A stretch of DNA of 60,000 bases. It comes from Botryllus schlosseri. Its lineage: Eukaryota. Below the pieces are notes generated by a model that made no database searches, was not told where the DNA came from, and was given only the letters and a program-made list of their open reading frames with translations. Below are positions 25,249 through 37,900 of the stretch, one piece after another; position 1 is the first letter of the stretch, and each line of letters opens with the position of its first letter. The stretch covers positions 30,196,001 to 30,256,000 of the forward strand of contig CM119372.1 of assembly GCA_051294905.1 (NCBI GenBank), in the 5' to 3' direction. Position numbers and translations under genes: made by a program.

Positions 25249-25948
25249 TTAGGCAACCTACATCGCTGACGACATATGACAGAAAGAAATTGGGGATGTC
25301 ATTAGTGCATCAGGGTTGTTTAACTTTATCCAATTTCAACCAAAATAATCAGAATGTAAACGCCAGATAATTACAACACATCAAAAATAGAGTATTATTA
25401 GAGAGGTTGGGCATGCAACTGCTAAAGTATGGGAAAAGTATCAAATACGTTATGGGAGAATGTTGCTATAGTATGGAAAATTGTAATTATGTTATGAAAC
25501 GATTGGGAGTTTGGGACGGGTTTCCCATTCCATACCGTACCATGCCCTACGGCGCTGTACCTTATGTTTGTAGCAGTAAAGAACGGCTGGACCAGTACTC
25601 TCATGCGTTCAATGTGATCGATTATGAATTCAGCCAGTTCTTGAATCAGATTCCTTCCTTCACACTTCACAGCATTTTGTAAGTTGGTCAAGCGTGGAAG
25701 GTATCGCTCAACATTGCCCTCTGGCGTCGATATACAGTTGCTTAGTCAGGGCGGATTTGTGATTGCGTTTGCCGGTTGGCGAAAATAATAAGTATCGTTT
25801 ATTGTAAAACAGTAATGATGCCAGGGCAATGCGTGTCTAATGTCCTGTTTAATGAAATCAAGACTATATTGCTATTTTCTCTGGTGCAGTAACTCACCCG
25901 AACTTGAATCATACATTTCTTTTCTGAATCAGTTGTAGGCTAATTAAA

Positions 25949-28900
25949 ATGAGTTCTGATCTCGGTAAAAGCATATGGTAAGTTCATGTTTTTTAATCTT
26001 ATTACTGTTAACAATCCACGCTTAATTACTTATGTGTTTCGGGCATTTAAAAGCTATATTTATTTCATGACTTAATTACTTCGCGGCAATTTGCAGTTAA
26101 CGCATGGGGATAAGAATACTAACTTCTAACTTGGTCAGTACTCAGTTGGTCACCCACATTTCAGTCATCTCAGCATATAGAGTATAGACAGAGTCGCCTC
26201 AGACACATAACGTAACTTCTTACTCCTAAATTACGACCATGCAATGGGGCTTTGCTTATTATGTTTGATACTATACTTACACGCTTACTTTACTTGATAG
26301 TTGAAACTCTTTATGTAGCCTATAACTTCTTTCTAGCATCATATTTTGTGTTTTGATCTGGATAGGCTATTAGGCCTATGTACATTTACTTGCATAATTT
26401 GACTTGACCTTGTATAACACAAGTAAAATGTTTAATGCTACTATATTTCTAGGCCAAGTAGTGACTAGTGAGAATATCTGAGTATGGTCCATCTAACTTC
26501 TTTCGTTCTTTACTGCAATTCCTGTGGCATTTTGAATTGGTGAAATTTATATTAGGAATGGCGTTGATGGGCCATGGAGGATAGCATTACAATGACATTG
26601 GTGCAAAGAATAACTTGATCATACATCACCTTTCAGTTCTTGTCTGGATCTGGAATAATTTGTAATGCTGTCATCTACAGATTACAACGCTCATGCGTAT
26701 GTAAAATGATGGAATTATTTCTGTTTTAGGTCATCTCTACTGAGTGAAGTATCGAGCCGGTCGCGTACGTCAAAACTTTCCGGATCAGAAAAAAATATTG
26801 TTATTGTCGGTAAGTGGTGTCGTCCGTTGTTATGTTATGAACTATTTTCTGATTTGAATTTTTCGCAGGCGACGATTTTTCCGGTAAAACAACATTGGCA
26901 GCTAAATTGAGGGGGCACGAAGACCCTCCCCGTGTATCAGGGCTGGAATATCAGTTCATGGAAGTTGAAGATGAGGATAATGATGGTTTGTTGATTAGAG
27001 CATGATACAGTAGCTGAGTGGTGACTTTGCTGCCATATCTGCTGTTGTGGCCAGACTATGACAGCTAAATAATTCTAATCGTCTGATTATACTAATTAAG
27101 AGTGAAATGACAGTAATCCAATTCCAATGTAATTGTTAAATGTTTCATTGCTCTAATTCTAATCCAATTTGTGAAATGTATCTATGCTCAGATAATAATT
27201 CTAATCTAATTTATGGTTTCCTGAAATTGCTACAGCAGAACTGTATATAGCGTGACTCAACCCAAGCTTGTTGTACAGGCATTTGCCGTTCTCATGCTTA
27301 TGATTTATATCAATGATTTGATATGAATTGAACTCGATTCAATTTCCAAGTTTTTGCAAATTCCGTCATGCTTATTCTAGTCTAATTTTGAAACCCTGTG
27401 TAGCTATAATTCTAATGTAATTTTAAAAAAGTGAAATTTTTCTGGCTGTCCAAGTCTGGTATGACAAACGCACATCGCATTTGTGTGTTCCAACCTCAAT
27501 TTGTGAGTTTTCAGATTGTTTTGTTACGAGTTAAATTACTATTCAAAACCAGTTTTAATCTCTGTAATTAAAGTATTTCTTCAACTGCCCATACATATTT
27601 AATTACCGTAATTTTCCATGTATAATCCGCAAAATTTTCACGATTTTTTGCCCTAAAATCGGGGGGTGCGTATTATACATGGGAACAACCCGCTTGAAAA
27701 AAATCTCCCTCGATAAAAAACTTGAAATCACACATTTCTTCATGTTTGTTTCCAATGGCGCCTCACTTTAAGCCATCGTGCCCAGTAATTCGTAATATCA
27801 GTGTAACACTCTACCAATTAGCAAAAAGCGTGTTGCCAATTAACGAGAGTCGTCTGCACAGCATGCAATCTCCTGTTGAGTTGGTTTGCCATCTGCACGC
27901 GAGCGAAATTAGGTCATTCGGTGATTGCTGAACGCGCGCGCTGCAATCCTCGCTAATTCATCGACAGGCCATTATTATGCACAAAATATAATTGTTTGCG
28001 TAATCAGTCGCACCTCCAACAGGCGTGGTGTGCACGACATAACCGTTGGCCTGAGCAATCGCATCTGACCTCGTGCGCAAGATGTCGCGTCGCAGGCTTT
28101 GGCTGCTATCTACTATCGTATAGAGACAATACCGTTACTTGTATAATGATTAGCAATCACATCTGTAATAGGCCTCGTGCGCAAGACGTCGTGTCGCTGG
28201 CCCGAACTATCGCGTCGCCAGCCTCGCAGGCTTTGGCTGCTCTGTACTATCGTTTAGAGACAATGTCGTTAATTGCATAATGATTAGCGATGGTTATGTC
28301 ATGATTGTTCGACAGTGACATCGCAAAACAGAACAACATCGCGTACTAAAACACAACTATTCATGTATTGTGAATGCAGGGTGCGTACTATACATGGGTA
28401 CAGGCTTTTTCCCAGAATTTGCATGCCATTTTAAGGGTGCGTATTATACATGGGGGCGTACTATACTTGGAAAATTACGGTAGTCTTTTTGTTGAGTACT
28501 TATACTGCTGGAATATGCAAGGCCAGTTGAACGTATATTGGGAAAGTGTCTTTCAACTTCTTGCGATAGTGGGGTTGCCACAGCAGATCAGTGCTCATGG
28601 AATTCCTGCCGCAACCCTACCGCCTGCACCCCTGGCTTGGGCCGGAACTGGTTTTAGTGACCGATTGGCTTCTTCTTGTAAGCATTAAGCTTTGGTAGTC
28701 GTCTATTTTAATGTAGAATGTGGTTTGTAAATATATTTCCACGATGTTCATGATTGAATTGGTGACAAAAATAACACTGGTCTACACGATTTTTGCGCCA
28801 GGATATCTTTGGGTCAATTATACCTAATTTGAGGGCGCTGAATACGAATCTGACGTTCTTTTTGCTCGATCACATCACGTTTTTGAGATATTGTATGTAT

Positions 28901-31900
28901 ATGTTGAATATTTCTACTTTTTATACGTACTCAAGTAGATTTGGGCTACTTGTAGTACTTACTGAAGTGGTAACGTTTTATAACTAATTCAACATCTACC
29001 TGAACAGTATTCTGGATGAACTAATTGCATTTGCAATTTTGATTTTTGTAAAGTAGAAAGTGGTTCAGGGATAATATTGCACACTATCATGAGTTAAATT
29101 GTCATAAGAAACGCGTGAAATAGCCTCTGAATCACGGTAACTGAATAGGCCTATATTTTTCGAAGATTCTGCCCATGGGTGGTGTCATTATAGTCATTTT
29201 GCGTTAGCTGCGACGATACATCTTGCGATTTCGTATGTAGCCGCTTCCGACTAACTGTTGAATGCATGCGACCACCAGACATAGGGTAATCGTGATTAGT
29301 AATCGTAATCAATTACGACGTTTACAGTATTTTGAAGTAATTGCAATCGATTACATTCGAAAAAAAGCCGAAGTAATCGTATTCGACTACTTCCCACATC
29401 TAATCGATTCTGTAGGACAGATGTATAAAGATAGATAACGTACCGAACTAAATTAGGTACGGAGCTACTAATCACAATCTTTAAACGAACAGTGGCATAT
29501 AAAGATGATAACTGCTACGGACTAAAAATAGTTACATCCGCGTATAAATTTATGGGTCGAAATGAGTTCCTGATCGAAATATGATAGAGAACCACTGAAT
29601 TCAAGTTCACCGAAAACTCAGTTATTCTGTTCTACAACAACCCAGGCTTCATGACAGATGATTTCAATAACAATATTTGATCTGTTGCTGTTGTATGCTA
29701 ACTGTGATGTCACTAACAAAAGCCGAAATTTGATTAATTTATGAAAAGGGGAGAAATTAATGCAGAAAAAATCTGACGTTATAGAGAAGTTCTGAGCACA
29801 GAATCGGATTCAGCAACCTTGAATTAGCCTACATCAATCATTAAAATTTTTGGCGCAGATATTTTTTCAAAATTTGTAGACCAGTGTAATTGATTGGAAT
29901 AAGCATTATATGTACTTCGATCGAGGAAGTGTAAGTGAAGAAGTAGCTACTTTCACTTTTGTAGATACTCGAGTTGGTTTGGACTACTTCAACTTCTACT
30001 AGAACAGTTTTTATGTGAGGCTACTTCTTTTTTTACTGCAGGTTTTTAAAAGTATGAGAGTATTTTTGTGAGGAGTTTGCATCACCTTAATTTTCATAAG
30101 AACCACGTGAATTAGCCACTGTATTAAGCACGGTAACTGAATATATTTCTGAGGATTGGTCCTACTGGTAATTTTATAAGTTATTTGCACTATTCGTTAA
30201 GATGCATCTTGATATGAAAGTAGCTGCCGCCAATTAACTGTAAAAAGTGGCCGACCACTCGACTCAGTCTGCTTTTTGACAGTACGTAAAAACTTGATAC
30301 TGGTACTTTTCAAACCTTGCATTTACCACTTCCGCTTGAATTAATTTTGACATGTCTTGGAAACTGCTAAGTCCAGGTAGAAATTTGATCTTGATCTTGA
30401 GTTGCAACACTAACTACTTTTACCAACTCTGCTATGTCAGAAAGACCCAAGCTATGTACGGATCTGGTGTCTGAAACTGTCACCAGTTAATTTTGCATCC
30501 ATGAAAATTATGAGGTGGAATTGAAATTATGAGATTTAAATATGTTGCTCCGCAGATATTTGTGAAACTCGGTAGCATCTCAACTCGCAGGCCACTCAGT
30601 AGCCGCCCATGGTTCTGCCTGTATCTCAGAAACTGCACCAAAAGTTTTACAACTATTTGTCCATTAGTGTTCTCAGACAATAAAACTTCTTCACTCAAGT
30701 TATTTTAAGAATGTGCCGTATTGAAAAGTTGAAGTTACAATAATGACCGGAGCAATCTCTATTTTCCCATCATTCTTGGCTGGAATCTCATATTCATAAC
30801 CATCTTGTCTGCTATAAATCACTCTTCCTGATGAATTCCAAGTGGATACCATCAATACTCCCATCAAGTACAAATGTAAATATTTTCCAAACAACAAATA
30901 GGTTACGTTCTGAGTAAAATTAATTCAATAATATCATTTACTACGTTACAAATTGGATGAATGGATGAGAACACTGCTTCGAGGTTCAAGTAGCTTGGTA
31001 AAATTGATCCATAATGCTTCAAAGCCTGTCGTAAGATCAAAAATTACCGATTGTTTCTGTTACGAACGCGAGATGATGAATTAGTAATGCTAGGTACGGT
31101 TCTAGAGCTCAGTTGTCTTGCGTTACCCACCCATTTCTGCATTTCCAAGCTGACAGTGTTGATGTGTTCCGCATAGCAATACTATACTAGCGCAATTTTG
31201 AAGCCGGCCTCAAAATGTTTTGTATTCGATACAGAGAAAGCGGATTGTGGAATATGGATATTGGAAGGCGACCGTGCGTACAGGAGTCTGCTAAAATCCG
31301 CACTGCCGAAGAAAGGAATACAAGACACTGTTTTGATCATCACCGTCGATATGTCAAAGCCGTGGAACATCCTAGATTCTATCGAGAAATGGACGACCAT
31401 CATCCGGGAACACCTTGATCAGCTCAAGATCTCGCCGCAAGAGATGCGCGAATACGAAAACAAAAGTAAGGGATGCGGTCGTTTACACTTAGTGAAAACG
31501 TAGAAATTCAAGCGATCGTGGGGACCACAACCACACTGCATGACAGAGATGAGGTTTTGAATCCAAATCCCATTCTGGATGCTTTTTTTTTTGGACATAC
31601 AAATTCATGCTCTTATATTCTGCAAATTTAATCAACGACAGAGGATCGACTTGACATAGACTCAATCCTGTCAAGTCTGTGTCCTGTTTCATAGTTTAAC
31701 AGGGTTGTAATGACTCGAGTCATGACTCGAATCGACGCGTGACTCGACTTGTACTCGAGTCATTGAGCGTGACTCGACCAAGTCTATTTTATGAATTTAT
31801 TCAAGTCTCGTGTGTCAGAACACATATTTGAAAGACAGACCCGGAATTGAATAAATAAGTTGAAAGCGAGAAAAAAAAGAGTAAAATTATTATGAATGTG

Positions 31901-34900
31901 TGAGGTCTTCGCTGTCACATAACAGTTTTATGAAAGCGAGTGAACCTGACTTGAGCTCGATATTGATCAGTGAACACTATGACTCGACCCTTTGCTCCCT
32001 AGTTTTTACTCGAACTTGACTCGGAACTTGGTGACTTGGCGACATCCCCGTCCATGTCCAAATCTTGAAATGGCTGAAATCCATTCAGAATCAGCCTCGA
32101 TACTGTAAATGAAAAATTCACTCGCACCCTAATCTAGCTCGGCGAGAATCATCAAAATCATTCCTTGTCCGGTGGCCTGGCCTGGTCTGTTATTAGTCGC
32201 GCTTTCACCCGATTTCTCTTCTATAAAGTTGTCGATGACTTCAAAAAGTACGTCGACCCATCTGAAATTGCCGACGAAAGTTCAAGCATCGTGAGCTCGG
32301 CGTTACGTTTGTCAACTTCGGAAAACGCAGACGATATCGCTGTCCCTCTCGGAGAGGACACGCTCACTTGCAATATCGGAATGAATGTTGTCGTCGTGTG
32401 TACTAAGGTGGGTGTTTCGGTGATTTTTTTTGCCTGACTTGACTTTAATCCTTACCCCAACCCATACGAACCGGACCTCACCACACTAATCGAACGCAAG
32501 CCAACCCTTGATCCAACTTAACCTCAATCCTAACCTTTCTCAACCATAGATCAAAGATGCAGGGCTGTTATGTCTCGAGTCACGATTTTGTGATGTATCT
32601 GTGTATTGACTCGACTTGGACTCGAGTCATTGCGCATGACTCGAACCAAGTCATATTACTCGAGACTCAGATGTCCAAGACCGACATTTCATCGTAATTT
32701 CGTAGAATAGTAAAGTAACCCAACTATTGGGATTTGGTCTATTGGTACTGGTACGTAAAAATGCGACCAGAAACTGATAAAAGTGAGGAAAATTAGTATC
32801 TTATTAATGCGAACCATTCGATATCACCAAACGTGGGTTTAACAAGACTTTAACTGGAAACTGGGCAGTCAACACAATGACTCGGACTCGACCCTCTGCT
32901 CGCTGACTTGAGTCGGTGGTAAATTGAAAATGACTCGACTTGACTAGAGCCAAAACTAATGAGTGAGATTGGCTTGTGACATGGAGCGTTATGACTTGGT
33001 TACAACCCTGTATATATGTGTGCAACGTCTAATGTCCCAGACACACGATCACCCTTTTCCTGTAGTGCGATTTTCAAGATCCCCAACAATTCATTCTTCC
33101 TTTTTTATTTTTCAATTGAATTAGTTCAACTTGCAAGGATATTCTTATATTTGGTCTATGCTCCACTTACTAAACCTAATCTTTAGTTAACCTTAACACT
33201 TTTTTTGTTTATGTGGTGGATTTGTGGGCACCGGATGATTTAATCCACTCAATACCTCAAATTTCAGTGCGATCTCGCAGAGAAACTGGAGACCGACCAC
33301 GACTATAGCGACGAACATTTTGACTTTATTCAACATAAACTAAGGACAACGTGTTTGAAATGTAAGTTACAATTTCCCTACATATCATCCATTATTGGGC
33401 GTAAGATGCACTTTATCTGATGTTAACATCACTCTTCAATGGGCGGCATCTTTTATTTGGAAAAATTTAGCAAGCTTTCATCGAGTCCTGCATGTATACA
33501 ACGCAGCAACAGTATCTAAAACCTACCTTACATTTATAGCACTAGAAATTTAAAAGCAATATCGGAGTCGAATTATACCGAAAATATGCCAATATAATGA
33601 TTACGGTATTATTACAGTCAAGAAGTATCAAAATGAAAACTTCCATTTAATAATTCAACATATTGAAGCCAACTTCAAATACCGGTACATGAAATTGGAT
33701 GCCTGTGGCTGTTATGATCTCTTTTTCACCCAGTACGCAGTGACAGTACCGTACTGTTTTCGAATCGAATTTCTGATAAAGCTATCATCAATCATATTGT
33801 GTTGAACATGGAAACATTTTAGTTTTTCATAGTCTGATAACAGTACTCTGACATCCTGAAATAAACCCTCATAGGTGTGAGTTGTAGCAATAGAAATTGA
33901 ATAGGCCGATGCCAACGAAAAAAGATACAAAAACCTCTTATCATAGCCAAACAGTGAAACAGATTTATCTTTGTGTCTATTAGTTTCTGTGCACCCACAG
34001 CAACCCTGCCTTTGGGGTCCATGAATTCCAGGTCGGGAATCATTGTGTTTTAAGAAGCGTAAAATCTCACATACCGGACTCGTATATCTGCCTCCGTAGA
34101 AATATCGGTATCGGCAACCTGTGATCGATGATCACCGACCTATCCTATGACTTCATCACTCCAGCTATTGTTTCAAACAAGAGGTTCTTCAGTAGCCTAC
34201 TGTAGGTTTTATTTATGACGGCCTTAGGAGTTCCGTTTGTGGTGAAAATGCTGAAAAGTTGTGTTTCCTGAGCTACAAATGACATGTCTTTTTTAGCTTG
34301 AAGCACTAGTTTCTTACTCAGCTGCTGTAGTTTTATTCTAAATAATGAAGTCTATATGGGACTTATTGTCTTATTACCAGTGGTCCAGTTGAAACAAGTC
34401 ACATTTGATATAGGCATAAAATGTCAGCTTCATATCATGGACAAAAATTTGTATTATGTATCGGCTCAAAATTCTGATATTGGGTGGGCTTACTCTAGTT
34501 TTGATCGCTTGCCCTACGCCGTCGTCGACCTATCTGGCTAATTACAATTTCCTGAATTTATGTCGTAAAACTGCCGTTTACTGTTACAGACGGTGCCGCC
34601 CTTATTTATACTTCAATCAAGGACAATAAGAACACGGAAATTTTACATAGCTACCTGCTGCACAAGTTATACGGATTCCCTTTTACCACGCCGGCATCCG
34701 TCGTGGATAAGGACACGGTGTTTGTGTATGTACATTTCCCAATTTTCATGTGTTAGCTTAGACGTGAATTAGGGGTTGGCAAGTTCTTTTTGGCAGTTTC
34801 AAATATTTGGTGATTTACATTGGAGATATCAGTACGGTACTGTGCTTTTAACAATTTGACCGCAATTTACGTTGAAATTTATTACCATCCAGGAGGGAAG

Positions 34901-37900
34901 TTGATATTTTAATTGGTTCTAGTAGCATATTCATCCAATTTCGAATAGAATAGGCTTATATTTCTGTCTGATATTTCCTATTTGCAACGTCCTCACATGT
35001 AAGATTTTGACCTAAAAATCAAAATTCTGTTATTTTTTTACCTAAAAAAACTTCGTTTTGACCTCGCGTATGCGAATTGGGTGTTTTCGCAGATAATGTT
35101 AAAATTGTACTACTTAATCTTCATTTCTGGCTGAAACTGTCTGTCATTACGGAGTAGTTTGGCCTGAAAAAACGTTTTTGACTTGAAAACAGACAAATTT
35201 TATTTTAACAAAATTTTAACAAAATCTGGCTCTATGAAGAATTTCAGTAGTAACATCACGTATTATGTTAAAAATAATTACAATTCGTTGTAGTACAACG
35301 AAAAATACTTTCCTACATTCTCGGGTCTGTCCTTACTAAGTACCTTGCCAAGAATGGAGAAAGAACGTTCAACAGCAGCAGTTGTTGGCGGTGACAAACC
35401 GTGTTGCTTCATTATGACAATGTTGTCTACATCAGTGGTTCTCAACCTTTTTCCCCTCGCGAACCGGTAAAATTTCAAAAAATACTTGACGGACCGGTGG
35501 ACTTTGAAAAATTGAAATCAACCCAAAACGTAAAGCATGCAACCATTTTTGCAAGTATATGGTGCTAAAGAGCGATATTTTGAGGCTTTTGATCATAATT
35601 AATTATGTTCATGAAGGCATCCATGCGATTTTACGGTAGTGAGTGTGCTGAGTCGAGGTAAAATTGTCTTGCCCAGAAAAACATGCTAGCGCCAAGAGTC
35701 GTTTATAGCGATTCGGATTAGAACCAAGCACCGTGTTGTGCTGCCTTGCTCATTGCCCACTATCACCAGACGTAGGCTGCTCTGGATACTACGAATACTA
35801 TAAGGTGCACGAAGATACCTGACAACAGCTATACCTGGCCATTGGCCAGCCACAAAATCAGGGCCGATCGTCAGCTCATTCATCTAAAAGCGTTGGTAAT
35901 TGACCCCCATAGGTTGATAAACCAAATTTTGGGGGCTTGGCCCCCAATCACCACCTGGATGTTTTCACCAGTATTTGTGAGCACATTTATTCTACGTAGC
36001 GTATGTAGGCAGAGTGACTATGTCACCTAATTGAGCGAAGCGCGGAAATTTTCTATAATTCATGACTGAATCGACCAATAATATTGGTAATTGCATATAT
36101 ATTGCTATACATTTTTATACTCTCAGAATTATCAGATTATTCGGTAGAGTTGAGTGAGATGTCATCTTGGAAAATTTAGGGCACGTAATTAATAATAATT
36201 GAACATATTCGGGTGGGCCTGTTGGAATGATTATTTCATTGCAAGTCATTATTTCGTGACCAACTGTCTGTTATGTAGTGAGTACATAATAAAATCACCC
36301 AAGCGTACTAAACTAAAGGACGCACACGATTCCAAATTGGTATCTCTTCATAGGCAAATAATTTTTCTCTATGGTGTGGTATTTGTTCTGTCGGGTGCCG
36401 ATTGCCAGGACAGCGAGATTAGGCGCCAGCCATTTTAGAGCCTATGGTCAATTAGACATGAATATATCGAAGTTTTCGGTCAATTTAGGTCGGTCACTTT
36501 CGGCCAAGGTTTTCTCGCTGGCGAATTTTTGGCACACTTTTCGGAGTCCCATGTTAGCCTGACTTCATTATGTGTTAGCGCGTCGTGGCACGGAAATGGC
36601 TGACGCTGAATTGCCTACTTCTATAAATCATGAGAATTTCTTGCGGGAAGACCACCCAATAATTGGGACATTTAGTGACACTAAATCGCGCAAAGCTCGA
36701 AAAGAAATTGAGAAAAGTTGGATGAGGTTTCAAAAAATATTCTATAATTTATCACCGATCGAGGATAATCTCAGAATTATCAAAGAAAAACTCAAATACC
36801 TCCGCTTCTACGAGTTGGAATTGAGTCAAATTTGTTTTGCATCGTTTTTGAAGACAGACCAACAATTTCATAGAATTGGCAGAAAAATTTGAAAATTTTT
36901 TTTGCATTTTTGGGTAAATTAAAAATTTTCAAACTGTACGAAATCCGCGATAATTGGTTGGAATGAATTCAAATTTTATGTACGTCGTTTTTTCAGGCAA
37001 CCTAACGATTTAACCACGTAGCCAGCAAGATTCAGGAAAAAAAGTATTTTTTGAACAGCCCTGTTCATTCATGAAATAATTTTGGGTACCCTTCGAACTC
37101 GGCCCGCTCCAATTGGTGGAGTGGGAGTGCGCGGATCGCGCAAATTGCACAGTTTAGCGAGTCAGCATGTACTTGTCGCTCGCATGTCGTCAAATGACAC
37201 TGCTTGAACTTCAATTCAAATCAAATATGTTTCCATACCTAATTTATTTAACGAAGAAGTTCTTAATCAGTTTAAAATTTGATATTTCAATAATTTTAGT
37301 AATACAATATAACTAAGGTATAAAATTGTGATATACCTGGCGGACTGGTTGGAAAGTCGTCGCGGACCGGCGGTTGAGAACCACTGGTCTACATCACAAT
37401 TTTTCGCCATGCGCTTCCTGATATAAGAACCATGCAAAGCCCAAGCAGTCTTGCTTCAGTTAGGATATTGCGGTGCGTCGACCATAACACCATGTCAACC
37501 TATTTGTTTCATTTAATCGTTTATGATTCACAATGAGCAGACCATGGGCCGTCTACAACGTTAGGCCTATAAAGTAGGCTACAAGCTGTAAAATATCAAA
37601 TGATAAGTTCACCGACAGTGCAAAATCAACGATAAGCAAAAGGTCAAAAAAATTTTGACTTGGTAAACAATTTTGACAATTTTTGACCAAACACTACAAT
37701 TTTGACAAAATTTTGATTTATTCTGACATGTCAAAAAAAAATTGCCCTGGAAACAAATAGTCTACAGCCCAACACAATGTCTAATCTAATCACTATGGTA
37801 GCCTACTTGGCTTTGCCTAGCATTATGTATCAGACATACGGAATTGGACTGGCCAATACGGATTTGAAGATTTGGCCTTATTTTAATTGACTGAGCATGG

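Noticed and set aside
30480..34043. Antisense intronic ORFs (30480-30897, 33712-34043) faintly reminiscent of a glycosyltransferase
   Set aside because: Resemblance too weak and fragments cannot be joined; needs a profile search.
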